From Raillietiella orientalis (taxonomy: Eukaryota), in contig JAYWIR010000027.1 in NCBI GenBank assembly GCA_036172245.1, positions 1,426,001-1,490,000 of the forward strand: a stretch of 64,000 nt of DNA, given 5' to 3'. The notes under the pieces were generated by a model. That model searched no databases. It saw only the letters and a program-made list of their open reading frames with translations, and was not told where the DNA came from. Position 1 is the first letter of the stretch. Each line of letters begins with the position of its first letter. The translations under genes were made by a program, and so were the position numbers. This document shows positions 51,390 to 64,000 of the stretch, piece after piece.

Positions 51390-54300
51390 AGGAAGAACGG
51401 TAAAAACCATCGCCTCCCCAGGCATGAAGCTTTGTGCGCTCGATCCGCGTAGCTGCTTCGAACATCAACGGTCTGTGGGACGACTCGAAGAGGCACGCGG
51501 TTGCTAAGTCGCTCGCAAATCTTGACCTCGTGTTTCTGCAGCAAGTGCGCAGGGTTTCTACGCACAAGACGCACGCGAGATCGGACGCTTGCCGGAAGGA
51601 GCCCTCGAGGCGACACGCGCCTCCGCTCACGCTCGCAGCGGTGTCGCGGCCACCTCCTCGAGCCGCATGCGTAGGGCGGACGGCTCAACGCCAAGTCCCC
51701 CTCTGGCGAAGCGGACCGGGCAGATCAGCTCGCACTCCGGTGGCCTCACTGGATCGACTTCGAGTCGTAACCAACGTCCACGCGTCCTGCGAACCCCCAG
51801 CCCCATATCGGAGCAGGGAGACTCCTCTGCCCGCCGACCACGTGTTTCCTCGACGACCTCCCCTGCTGGAGGGCGGGACGAAAGGACGAACACGGCCTGC
51901 CTTGTCGCATCATCCCATCCAGCCGACTCTCCTGGAAAGGAATCTCGGACGCAGGCCCGGAGGATGCCCGGAGATCAGGTCAACCATCACGATGCCCGGG
52001 AAGGATCCGGAACCTTCCTGGCTGGCTGCCCCATCTGCGCGATGAGAGACCGGGAACGGCAGACCTGCCAAGCTCCTGAGGTCAGGTGCGCCCCTCGCCG
52101 GCGCACTCACGACTCGTGGTGAGGCGTCACGACCCCCCTCCCCCCGTATGCGAGGGTGTCTCCCAATTTCTCCGAAGGGTGGCTCGCTTCTTCACACTCT
52201 GTTGAGCTCCTCACGGAGCTCAACTCTGGAGGGGTTGACCCTCCATCGCGTTCCAGGAGGGAAAGGGGGGACGGCCCATTTGGACAACCAGAGGGAGGGA
52301 ACCTCGAAGGGCTCCTTGGCCCCTGGAAGGACCCCAGAAGGTCGACTCTCGATGTCCCGGCCACTCATATCATCGGAGACATCCGGTTTTATCAGCTACC
52401 AGCACCTCACCAGATTGTGGGCCAAGCCAGCGTCATCTTGCGGGGAGAACTCGAACCAGCGACGCGCCCGTTTCACCCTGAAGTCCACCCCTCCTTTCCC
52501 GGGTGAGATTCCAACCCGTGTCGCTCGGTGTCTCGCGCGGAGGCCACAGCCGCACGGTCGCCAACGCGAGGGTATCATCAGATCAGGACAGTGCCAAAGA
52601 GCTGCTCGAGGCAACCTACGGGGGCAGGCTGATAAAGGAGATCTCTGACCCGCTATCGTAGAGCTGAAAGGCAAAACCAGTCCGGGTGCGGGTGGGCTGC
52701 CCTGGGAACTTTGCCCCGGAAGCGGTCCCCATGGTGAACCAATCAGCACTGCTGATCCGGGAGACAGGCCGAGGACTTGTCTGCTTCGGGTTAGCCAGGG
52801 CGCGCCTCTCCCCCAAAAAGGGAGGCCGCACTGCCTGAGCAGCCGGCGTCCCTTCACGATCCCGGGTGCGGATGTCGAGGTACCCTCCGAGGCGTGAAGC
52901 TCGGGAACAGGTCAAGCGAGGGAATTCACAGTCGGACCGGGCTGGCCTACGCGGCCCTGTGGACGCCGACTTGTCCCAGGGTGTGGTGAGGGATCCTACC
53001 TGGGAGAGGAGAGGTCGACCCTCAAGAGACCTCCTCGCCTTTCCCAAAGGGTCATTTCACTGCTTCCTGGAAACCTCGGACAGCGACGTGTCCTCCCCGA
53101 AACGGGGGTGCGAGAGAACCGCGCGCGGGTCCCTCTGCCAGCGGATCGCGTCCTGGACGTTCCCGGAAGGAAGGAGGGACGGCCTCAGAGTCGGGAAAGC
53201 CAGAAGGTGGAGCACATGTGGCCTGTCCCCTTCCCCTCCATCCCTTCCTTTTTTCCCCCTGCGCGGACCCTCTTCCTGGACAATTCGTCCACGAGCAGTT
53301 AGCCTCAGGCAGCCCGGAAAAGTGACTGAGGCGCTCCCGCCTTTCCGCGGCCGCCGCCAGGTGGTCAGGCGCGCCGAGCTGCGGGGACTCCTCCCTCCTG
53401 CAATCCCTACCAGGGAGGGTCTTCGCGGGTACCTGCCGCTCCGCTCTCCCCTTCGAGGGCAGCTGCGAGTCTTCGGCGCGCGTCTGCCTCCGAGGTCCTT
53501 GGCTAGATACCCAGACTGACCCGAGCTGGGATCGCGGGCATCGGCAATTCGGACCCACGGGATTGAGGTCGTTTCGTGATGGAGGGCGAGCGCAACACAT
53601 AGAGCCCTCGCAGACCCGGAGGGTGGGCTCGGCTCTCCCACCCGATGTCTCAGACGTCGCCAGTTCTCCAGCTCTTCGGGACGCAAGAGGCACCGAAGAC
53701 TCGCCGGTCTCGAGGCTGATCTCCCGAGAGGTTTCTCCTACGCTGCCCTTCCCCATGCCATTGCTCGCGCCGCGAGGCTCTGCCGGCAGCGGGGCGCCGC
53801 GTGGGGTCTCTCTCTGTCACGAGGTCCTCCACCGGGGTCGCCCGCGGCCTTCGTGTTTTGTTTGTCCCGGACGAGAGCCCTGGCGTGACCTGGCGACAGC
53901 CGCGAGGGCGCTCGCTCGCTCGCGCGCGTCTTCGCTCCGGCGTGCCTCATGCGCGCGGGTGGGCTCCCCTCCTATGGCGAGCTGTCGGAGACACGTTGCG
54001 ATGGAGACGGTTCGCACGTGCCCTCACGCGCGGGAGCGCAGTCCATGGGAGCGGATCGCGTGGGAGGGGCTCTCTGTCCCGCCGGCGCCTCGCAGGTCCT
54101 CAGCCGAAACCGGGAATCGACGGCGCCTATGGGCATGGACCATCCCGCCGGAGCGGAATGGGGCGGAGCCGGATGCTGCCGAGGGGAACCGCGCAGCTTT
54201 CAGCGGAGAGACGGGCGGAACCGAAGCTGGGGGTGGCAATGCTCCCGTGACCGGGGGTGAAAAGACTCCGACGGGTTCGGGCGCGTTCCTTCCACCCCAG

Positions 54301-55120
54301 CCCGATGCGACCCCCCGAAATCATCTTCAGCACCGTGGGGACCGTCTCCTCCTCCTGTCACCCATTTGCTCCTCCTCCTCATCTCCTAGTCTGGCACCCA
54401 CTGAAGCTCTCTCATCCATCTCTATCGGTTCGACGCTCCATTCTAAACGAATGGTCAGGTGGTCCTGCAGGCCGGGACGACGGGGTCGCTCGGAGCGGCC
54501 ACGAGGTCAGGAGGTGGTGGTCCGCCATCCTGGAAGTGCGTGCCCGAAGGAACCTCGTCTCCCTCTGCGACGCACCGGGAGATGTCCTGCAGGACTGGAC
54601 GAAGTGGTGGTCCCGGATCGCCGCCACGCCCCCAGACACACTACTGCCTGCCCTGAGGGCAAGGAACGGCGACTGCCTATCGGCGGGGTGGCTAGTCCTC
54701 ACTCCCCCCCGCGCGCCACTGCAGGAGGAGTTACGAATCTCCCGGACGGCTGAGAGACGAGCGAGCTGGCGGACACCTCCCATTCCTGGTTCTCGGGCGA
54801 GGAATCCCGCGGCGCCGCCTCGGAGGAAGCGGAGGACCAGCTTTTCGTGCTGCCCGCGCAACCCCCCAAAGATGCAGGGGCTGCGGAAATCCCTGAGGCG
54901 AATGGTTTGGATGCCGTGGAGACATCGTTGGATCCCTTGCCGTCCCAGGAAGTTGAACGTTTGGCTTCAGGAGACCGTGGGGACGTGGGTGCGCACCTTC
55001 CAAGGTGACCCCGAAAGAAGTCCGTCCTCTGGGAAACCCACGAGTCATCTGCTTGGATGCAAGCTGTCACAGGACTCCAGGATCTGGTCGCGGTATGCGT
55101 TCAGCGACTGGGCATCCTAA
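51390..55120 (+). mobile_element. Decayed L1/Tx1-like retrotransposon ORF2 (APE endonuclease plus RT)
   Basis: RVAASNINGLWDDSKRHAV..LDLVFLQQ (51445-51545); LRVVTNVHAS; SSHSV..GPWK; KTSPGAGGLPWE (cf. KSPGPDGLP.EF, ~52672-52710). Many frameshifts; 3' end abuts a MITE. Confidence 0.8.
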
Positions 55121-55123
55121 GCA

Positions 55124-55810
55124 GGGGTTCCGTTGAAAATTCCGAACGCCGAACGATCGAAATCCCGAAAGATGTTAAAAATTAATATCATGTATATTAA
55201 TATCTATTATATGTTAATCTATATATTATATACATTTGTATATAGATTAATATATAGATCAATACATATTATAAAGATTATTAAAAAATAAATATGCATG
55301 TTTATATAAATGTAATAGATATATATTAAATAAATACAGATAGATATCGAATGATAAAAAAATGAAAAACAATGGCGAAACATAAAAAATAGTGGAGAAA
55401 AAATAAAAAGGCACAAAAAAATTTGAAAAAAAAAGCAAAAAAGAAATTCGACACTCCCAACAATCAATCAATAAAACTCTCTCAGGAAATGACGTCATTT
55501 GATATGTGCTCATGATTCGATAGTTATATGTTCATTCCATATATACTTATTATATGTATAAATATATATTTATATGTGCAGTCACTTTTATAATCTTTTA
55601 TATACATATATTATAGATCTATGTACATATATATATATAAAAGATCGATATATATTGTTACTATATGTATATATATGTATCGATACATATTGTTACTGTA
55701 TACATATATGTATAGTAACAATACATATTATTATATCAATAAATATGTGTGTTGAAAAAAATTTGTATTTTAATCTGTGTGTAAATATACAATAAACATA
55801 TGTATTTATG
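55124..55810. mobile_element. Partial MULE-like MITE (left end plus interior)
   Basis: Terminal AAAATTCCGAACGCCGAACGATCGAAATCCCGAAAGAT; interior 55450-55497 resembles 57756-57800 (CCCAACA..AAACTCTCTCAG). Confidence 0.65.
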
Positions 55811-57224
55811 ATCAGCATCGCCTAGATAGCTGCAATGAAATGGGTATCATAGGAATCCCTTCTAAGCCGATCTATTAAATGCAATTGCGGAAATCGACTG
55901 TGCTAAATAAACCTTTCTCTTAGCAAAGAAGCCATCCGAGTATTGACGGCTTTCTGGATTTCCTTTGCTTAAAACAAAGGAAGTCCCCGAGGGCGACCAT
56001 CACAAGGAAGTACTTGCAAAACAGTCGCGAAGGTGTCGAAGTGCATCGTGGCTTTCACGCATCACGAGAGACGTCATAAGTGTCACATCGAGCCGTGGAT
56101 TAGAACGGTGACCTAAATTTCTAGAAAGGAAAAAACCTGCTCTGTGTTCTGCCTCATCCTTGATTAAAAGCATGGCGCGGGGTTCCTGGGTCTACCGACT
56201 GTACGTGAAACTAAGGTCACCATAGCATTGCTAATGCGGTAACGACGATGGGCGTCACCGGGAGCTCACTGAGAGCAGTTCGTGGCGGCATGGAACGAAA
56301 AACGCACATTTCTCATGAATTCCTTGTGCCGTCTGTGGGGGGAATGGAAAAGTGCGAGCTTCACGGCAAAACAAAGAAAATGCCCAGGCTTGGAAAGGGT
56401 CCCGTTCCCGGAGGTAGCCGGGACTTGGTGATCTCAGTCGGTCGCGGGAAATGCAGTCACACACCAACCGATCCTTCCTTCTCTGCTCTTGGGCTCGGCT
56501 GGTCACCTCTGGATGCCTTGGACAGGCGATCCATTCACTAGGTCTTCCCTATTCTTGGGAGCGAATGCACCGTGCTCTTCTAGGCGTCGCAGTCTTCTCC
56601 TGACCGATTTCGATCTGAACTCTTGGAACTCTTTAGGCTTCTTTGCCGGGGAGATGGCCGACGGCATTTGAAGGAAGAAGAATTTTTGATTTTTGATGAG
56701 CCTTGCTTTCTCGAAGGCAGTTTTGCAGACCTCTTGCAGACATGACCTATCTGCTTCAGGCATCTGAAATCATAGCAGCAGCTTCAGCAATGCCATTTCA
56801 TTTACTTGGTTGCTTGACCCAGATTTTCAGCGTCATCATTTCAAAAGCACGCGCGTGGATGGCTTCCCCCTAAAATAAGCTTGCTGCTTTTATCGGGAAC
56901 GATCAAGACCCAATAAAAGCGTCAGCGTTACCCTACTGCGATTCTCACAGGATCCTATTTCCTCCCATAATGTGCTTACAAAGTCACTTTATCACAAGTT
57001 ATGAAGCTGTCGTATTGCCCACGATTTAACACCCGGCCTCGACAGAGCGTGCACAAGTCCACTTCTGAGTGGTACATCAGCATCTTCAGATGAGAGTGAA
57101 TGTTTGCATTGACGATTTCCAATGCAAAATTTAAATTTCACATTCTGGCGCTGCACTCCAGGCTGATAACTGATGACTTTTCACAATAGCTTGTGATCAG
57201 CAGTGGCGGCTGTCGACCGAATTA

Positions 57225-57357
57225 TTTGTTATTTTTTATGATTCGATATTCTCTATTCATTAATGATGTATATAAGTATATATATTAATATACATAATAA
57301 ACATATGTATTCATTTTTTATGATCCTTCGACGTTTCGGCATTTGGGATTCGGGGTT
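57225..57357. mobile_element. Right-end fragment of the same MITE family
   Basis: AT-rich stretch ending GATCCTTCGACGTTTCGGCATTTGGGATTCGGG, a degenerate reverse complement of the terminal motif. Confidence 0.5.
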
Positions 57358-57360
57358 TGG

Positions 57361-58257
57361 TTGACAATCCGAAATCCTGAACGATAGAAATCCCGACAGA
57401 TCTCAAACATGAATACATATATTTATTATATATACATTAATATATTTATTTACATTAGGTTAAGGTATAGTCAATTTATATTGTGGATAGTAGAAAAATA
57501 AATGTATGTGCTTACCATGCGCAGTAACATACATAGATGAATATACGAATTTATTTTAACGTGCGTATTTATTGAGATCTATTCGTATTGATATACTTAA
57601 TAATATGCATATTAGTATACATATGTATTATTGTATATATCTATACAAAATTCTAAAAACAGTGATGTCAATTAAAAATACTGGTAAAAGATAAAAAAGC
57701 AAACAAAACTAAAAAAAACAAAGCAAAAAAGAACGTTGGCAATTCGTTCTCGCGTCATTCCCAACACTCCGTAAATGAAACTCTCTCAGTAAACGATGAC
57801 GAATTCCACTTTCGGGTTTTTCACATTTGATCAATGTATGTGTTTACAGTTCGATTTCAACATATTCATTCAACATATATTTATTATATTTAAAAATACA
57901 TATTAATATATCGAATAAACTATGTATAAAATATGTATTTATTTTTATAATCTTTTAAAAATATATCGATCTATTTATTAATCTATGCGCAAATATATAC
58001 ATTAATACATAATGTATTAATGTTATAGAAATGTTTATAATAAAAGCAATATCACTATCAATAATATGTACTTCAATGAATGTTAATAAACATGTACCTT
58101 AAAACAAATTTGCATGGTAATCTATATATAAATATACATGATAACCTTATATATTTATTTTTCATAATCTTCACAACCCTCATATTCTATATACTTATCT
58201 ACATGAATAAATACGCACACTTATGTATATAATAAGCATGTTTGAGATCTTTCGGGA
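57361..58257. mobile_element. MULE-like MITE, ~0.9 kb
   Basis: TCCCGACAGATCTCAAACAT (57391-57410) matches the reverse complement of 58238-58257 at 19/20; AT-rich interior. Confidence 0.7.
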
Positions 58258-60017
58258 CCGGCGCCGCCAGCGAGTAAGGAGCAAAAATGCTTCCTTTTTT
58301 CTCCCTCTTGGGATATGATGGCTCTGCTTCTGGGTTCCACCATCTTGAGTTTCCGTTTCCGCTTCGGGGACGTCGGATCCCAGTGCGGCTGCAAGAACCT
58401 GACTCTCGCCGAGAGAGTCAAAGCAGCCTCAGGAAAGTGACACAGAGGCACAGTAGCCGTACTGCATCTCGGAACAGAAGCTGTGCTCTTCTCGTGCCAC
58501 TGCCCATCCATCACCGGGGCGGACCTATTGCTTTGACACCGCATCGTGTCGCACACAGCAGCCGTGGGAGTAGCCAACGGTTCGCGCATCCCAGGAAAAT
58601 TCTTCCAGCGTGCTTGGTGGCAGAGCCATCACACACAGTATTTATTCTCGCAAGCTCTGTTTTCCTGACTCCATTTGTTTCTTGTTACGTGGGTACTGAT
58701 TTCCTCGCAGACAGCCTCTCTCCGGTGCCAGAAGACCAAGCTGAGGTCCAAAAGTAGGGGAAGCAGGAGTTGGCTTTGCACGCTGCGTGAGAAGAAGAAG
58801 GAAGTGGTCAGGAGTAGCGGGCGGGCATGCAGGTTGAGATTGCATGACACGTCCGTTTTCGAGAAATTCCGTAGGGAGAATCCTAAAGAAGATTCACTTC
58901 GGTACTGCATGGCAGAGAGCAGTGACCAAGGATTGTATGCATACGAGGACGGCCGTGATATCCTATTTTTTCGACCGTGGTACTTCGGACGGAGGACGTG
59001 AAACGGTGAAAACGAACCATCAGTTTCATCACAGTGAGCAGATGGTTTGACGGAAACGATAAATGATGACCGGATGTAGTCTGGAACGATGGAACACCCG
59101 CAGAGCAGAGCATCAGGAAAAAACCTGACTGGATCGCCTCCCCACGTCAGTCAAGGTTGTCCACGTCATAATATAAACAGAATACAGAAAAGGTCACGAA
59201 TTGCTGCATCCACTGGAAGCTGAGGGCAAAGAAGCTCTTTTCTGCAAGAAGGACCGAAAAGGGCCTTTACCAACGAACGGTGAATCTGTTCTTCCTGCTG
59301 CAGAGCAATCGGGCCGATCAGGAAATGAAAAGGGGAGGGAAGAGGGACGTAGAAACGCTCAGCGTTCACCATCACCATTTCTGATTATAAAGACAAGCTT
59401 AAGAAAGATCCAGATAAAGGCATGTGCCGGTTTTGCTCGGATGCGCCGGGGGTCTGTCAGCACCCCGCCCTTCTTCCATACCTTAGAGCCTCTGAGAGCG
59501 ACTCGGCGCACAGGGTGAAGCCCGCCAGGGTCCGCTAGCTGGATGAGGAAGGGGAGGGGCGGTGGATTTCTAAAACTGCTCGGTGCTTTTGGAGAGTCTG
59601 CCAGGGCCTTGCCAAAGAGCCGCTGCTCGTGGGGGAGTCCCGGGGAAGAGCGCCATTCCGGAATGAGCGCGGGAAGCGGACGGACCGCCCCGTCTGGGAT
59701 GTCTGGCTGTCATCCCGCGGTCCAGCATCGGCGGCGTTCCGGAAGATCTTTCGGAGTGGAAAACTGCACGCCGATGGCCCTCCCGGCCGGGGACCCTGGC
59801 AACCGCGCGTGCGCCGGGCGTGCCGCGTGCGGACGGGTGTTGAAACCGCGGAGGACCAACGGCGTTTTCGCAACGCAGGCGGCTGGCGCTGGTGTGCGCC
59901 GGGCTGCGTGCGGACGGACGCTGGCCGCCCTCCTCCGGTGCTGCCCTCTCGGCTGAGACCGACGCAGCGGCGGTTGGGAAACTCCCCGGTTGGCCTGGCG
60001 ACCCGCCGCCAGCGGCA

Positions 60018-60024
60018 TATAAAA
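60018..60024 (+). promoter_or_regulatory. TATA box, probably for PGD (non-coding first exon ending ~60133)
   Basis: TATAAAA in a GC/CpG-rich island, followed by a GTGAGT donor at 60134 and acceptors at ~60222 or ~60247 before the ATG at 60267. Confidence 0.45.
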
Positions 60025-60266
60025 GCGCGAGCAACAACCACCGAGGCGGCTGAGCGCCTGCGTGTGCTTGGGAGTGCGTACAGTGCAGCTGCCGCCGCCG
60101 TCGCCGTCCTCCCAGGTCGGTCTCTGCAAAACTGTGAGTAGTGGGAACGAATGTTCCGAGCGGAAAGTGCGCCGCCCCACGAATTTCAGGTTCCCCTCCC
60201 CCCGTCCACCCCTGTTTTTTAGTTCCAAGAGGGACTTTTGCATCCAGAAAAGATATCAGTTCCAAA

Positions 60267-62749
60267 ATGGAAGAGAAGTATGTCGAGGGTAATTTAAAGA
60301 GTAACCTTACTTGCTCTGTTTCAAGAGCTGACATAGCAGTGATCGGCCTGGCTGTGATGGGTAAAAATCTCATCCTGAACATGAACGATCATGGCTTCAA
60401 AGTTTGTGCCTTTAACCGCACTGTCTCCAAAGTGCAGGATTTCTTGAATAACGAAGCCAGAAATACAAATGTTATCGGCGCATCAAGTATATCGGATTTA
60501 ATGGCAAAGTTAAAAACTCCCAGGCGTATCATGTTGCTTGTGCAAGGTAGTCCATGGCAACCTTAGGAATCAAAGAACACTCATTTCCAGCTGGGGAGCC
60601 TGTGGATACTTTTATTGATTTGCTTTTACCGTCACTTGAGGAAAAAGATATTCTGATTGATGGTGGCAACTCGGATTACAGAGATACAGAATGTCGCTGC
60701 CGATTTTTAGAAACCAAAAATGTTTTGTTTGTGGGGATGGGAGTTTCTGGTGGTGAGGAGGGTGCCAGACACGGACCTTCACTGATGCCAGGTGGCAATA
60801 CTGAAGCATGGTGTTACATTAAAGATATTTTTCAAGTAGGCCCTCATTATGTAACTCAAATGTTTGTTATAAGCACTTGTAGACAATAGCAGCAAGAGCT
60901 GGTAATGAACCTTGTTGTGAGTGGGTAGGGCAAGGTGGTGCTGGTCACTTTGTGAAAATGGTGCACAACGGTATTGAGTATGGTGATATGCAATTGATTT
61001 CTGAAGCTTATCATTTGCTGCGTGATTGTTTGCATCTCAGCTCCCAGGAAATAAGCGAGGTATGTATAGACATTTGAAAGCAAAAATGGGAAAATAGGTG
61101 TGTCAGTAAAATTGACTAGTGCCTGTTTTTGTTCTCTTTGTTCTCTTGCTTTTCTGATGATTTGTGGGAGAGTTTGTCCCAAGAACATTTGATAGATCTC
61201 TGCAGTACTTCTGTATCGTATTTAGAAGTCCAAGCCAGACAGACAGACACCAAGTGAGTTTCCACAACGTGTTTCAATGCAGCATAAAGTTACAGGAAAT
61301 CATAAAAGTGGTGATGCAGTGACACTGAATGAAAAAGAGATTGATTATCCATTCCTTATGTTTAGTTTAGTAGTGATCTCGACATTTGAAGGCAGCATAC
61401 TGGAACTTGCATCATGAAATTAGTCATATGGCATCAGGAATTTGAACTTACTGGTGTTATTTCATCTTTTTGGTAGAACTCATTTTTCAGGAATGAACTC
61501 AATCAGTTATCTCATTGACTGAAAAACATAATCTCTTAACACACATGATGATAATTACCACTGGTGTCTTCTATATTTTATATAAAGTCTTAAGGAAGTT
61601 TAAAGAAAGTGAAACTCCTGATAGGCAACAATCCATAATATATCTTGTTAAGCTGCCATTTTTGGTTGCATTGCTGATTTCCTTGATTAGAATTTATATT
61701 CTGTTGGTTATTGTTTTGGGCTTATGTCCCCAATGTTGAGGCCATTGTAAAAGAAATGAAAGGAGGTGGATTATCTCAGAAAGAGAGTGCACCAATGCAT
61801 ACTTAGGGTCACAAAAATTCAACTTGTAAGAATTCATTGGACAGGATTTGTAGATTGGTAACAGCTGTAGGAACTACAACTCCAAAATACTTGTTGCATC
61901 ATGATCTCAAATGAGTAGTTTCTATCTAAGTTTTTTACTTTAAGGTGTTTGAGAGATGGAACAAAGAGCAGCTCAACTCATTTCTTATTGAAATTACATC
62001 TCACATTGTTGCTTTCAAAGATGGCAAAGGTATGCATAAAAAACATGGATGAGAAACTAATGTCTCTTGCAGGCTCCTACCTTCTTCCCCAAATTCTAGA
62101 TGTTGCTGGCCAGAAGGGTACTGGCCAGTGGACTGTTGAAGCAGCTTTGCAGTTTGGTGTTCCAGTCACACTAATAGCAGAAGCAGTATTTGCACGTTAT
62201 TTGTCAGCAATGAAAGATGACAGAAGCAGGGCATCTGCCATCTTGAAAGGCCCTCCGCAAAATTCCTCAGTCAAAGATTTTTCTATAGAAGATATTGGTT
62301 TGGCACTGTATGCTGCTAAGCTTACCAGTTATGCACAAGGTTTCATGCTGTTGCATCAGGCATCCGAGAGCCACAACTGGCAACTCAATTATGGAAATAT
62401 TGCTCTTCTCTGGAGAGGTGGCTGTATAATTCGGAGTACTTTTTTGGACAACATCAAACAAGCCTATGAAAAACAACCCAACTTAAGCAATCTGCTATTA
62501 GATGACTTCTTTCAGACAGAAATGGAAAGCTGTCAGTTGTCCTGGAGAAAAACAGTGTGCATGGCGATCTCTTGTGGTATCCCTGCACCTGCTTTAAGTA
62601 GCGCATTATCTTTTTATGATGGACTTCGTACCCAATCCCTGCCAGCCAATTTGATTCAAGCATTGCGTGATTATTTTGGTTCACATACATATCAATTAAT
62701 CACCGATCCAGGCCACTTTGTACACACCAACTGGTGTGCAGACAATTAA
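60267..62749 (+). CDS. PGD: 6-phosphogluconate dehydrogenase, decarboxylating (multi-exon)
   Basis: [105 protein letters not shown]. Confidence 0.97.
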
Positions 62750-64000
62750 TTACTTTAGGTTCCTTCTGAATAAATCAGTAACGAAATTGTGCATGCTTAC
62801 TGTTAGAGTATTGAAATTTTTTAAGTGGCACTTCCATATAAAAGATAAGAGGAATGTGTTCAACACTGGAAATAAGTCTCCGTAAAGACAAACCTCTTTT
62901 GTAAGACCCTTCCCCCCAAATGCAAAATGTCATGCTTGGATTAACAAAAAATTAAGGGAATAAATGATGGGTGGCAAATTTGTAAGTAACATGTAAAAGT
63001 GATTGTTTGATAATAGATTCTAGTAGAATTTGAAATGAATGCATCTTGATAACTGTGTTGCTGTTCATGCAAGAGAAACAGATGGCTTCATTGACCTAAT
63101 AATAGGTTTTCATGAAGGAAATCAGACTCCAGTTTGCAAACAGTGGAACTCAAGGAAAATTAAAATTTATGCATTTATTTCTAATCTTAAGCTCATCTTT
63201 AACTTGTATTTCTATCTGAGTAAGGAGTACATTTTCTATCTGAGTAAAGAGCAGTAGATCCAGATTGTATGATGGTGCCGTTTCATTTCATTGCTGTGGT
63301 ATTATTATCTGGATCACATGTGATTTTAGAAATTTACTTTCGGAGTAGATAAAATAACTGCATGATCAAGCTCTTGATGATCGAATGTGCCATGGTGCTC
63401 CCTCTAGTGTGGCTGGCAATGCATGCTACGCGTAGGCAAAGGAAAACCATCCCTGTGGAATTTTAGATAGCACACTGAGTTTCTTACAGAAAGTGCTCTG
63501 CTGGACTTCAGATTTTGGAAACTTGGAGTTGGCAAACAGTTTCGCAAATCCACAGTAGTCTCAGCAACACTGCCTTTTGCATACTCGCAGCCATTTCGGC
63601 AACCAAATGTATAAACGATGCGGGCGTGGGCACTGGTTAACCACTCTGGGGACCCAGGGATTCAGTAGTAATGTACGTTGAATTTCCATAACAAAAAGTC
63701 GTTCCCGTGTGCTCAATTGCACGCATAAACACATTTATCCCGTAATGCTTGCAGGCATAAGTGTTTTCTCAGCGTCTAGGCAATTCCTTAGCAGATGAAA
63801 TGGATCTCATTGATGAACACTGAAACCATCAATGCGAGGTCGCTGCCACTCTGAAAAAGTGCTCCTTCAAACCTCCAGATTTTTTTTTTTTTCCGGTCAT
63901 AATGGACAAATTACGACCGGCTCAACCAACAAATGCCCATCCACAATGGTGTGTGATGGAGCTATGAAATTTGTGCGGTGCTTTACGAACTCTGAAGATT

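Larger units (their letters stand above)
50320..59625 (-). pseudogene. Decayed DNAAF5/HEATR2-like relic, split by a retrotransposon and MITEs
   Basis: Collinear traces: QTLQKH..RRVAL (~59610-59490); LLPLL..EAVCEEI (~58760-58698); LLGLDRS/NDDAE (~56920-56825); KVIIPGLLW*A (~51295-51260); IEDD; LLKR; C-terminal FPNGALASETNAAFH..EQL (~50435-50350). Confidence 0.5.

Noticed and set aside
53563..55120. 396-aa and 287-aa ORFs
   Set aside because: Chance open frames within a GC-rich decayed LINE ORF2, not independent genes.
23862..59625. Programmed RNA editing or recoding restoring the broken genes
   Set aside because: Damage includes many substitutions in catalytic motifs, indels and TE insertions, while neighbouring genes are clean; neutral decay is simpler.
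59640..59765. Heat-shock elements upstream of PGD
   Set aside because: Only two-unit TTCnnGAA matches; no clean three-unit array.
63210..63246. 14-bp direct repeat TTCTATCTGAGTAA
   Set aside because: Simple local duplication with no further structure.

Overview
Eukaryotic, not prokaryotic: a gene-dense invertebrate animal locus with mostly 40-70 nt introns. Arthropod is a tentative inference from the vig/SERBP1 N-terminus. Seven apparently intact spliced genes: eIF2B-beta (+), ZNF367 (-), SERBP1/vig (+), DNAI3/WDR63 (+), seipin (+), FAM234-like (+) and 6-phosphogluconate dehydrogenase (+). SERBP1 intron 3 carries an H/ACA snoRNA that looks like SNORA70/U70. GC-rich blocks (1-14 kb, 37-39.5 kb, 51.4-55.1 kb) are largely decayed L1/Tx1-type retrotransposons, and AT-rich ~0.9 kb MULE-like MITEs occur several times. 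The most striking pattern is that much of the apparent intergenic and intronic DNA consists of heavily decayed in-place relics of conserved genes, seen as collinear motif traces across shifting frames. These are a PEX6/PEX1-type AAA ATPase, a kinesin-3 nested antisense in a DNAI3 intron, ANKRD27/VARP and DNAAF5/HEATR2, giving an alternating live/dead gene landscape. All family assignments come from manual translation and recalled motifs; no searches were run.
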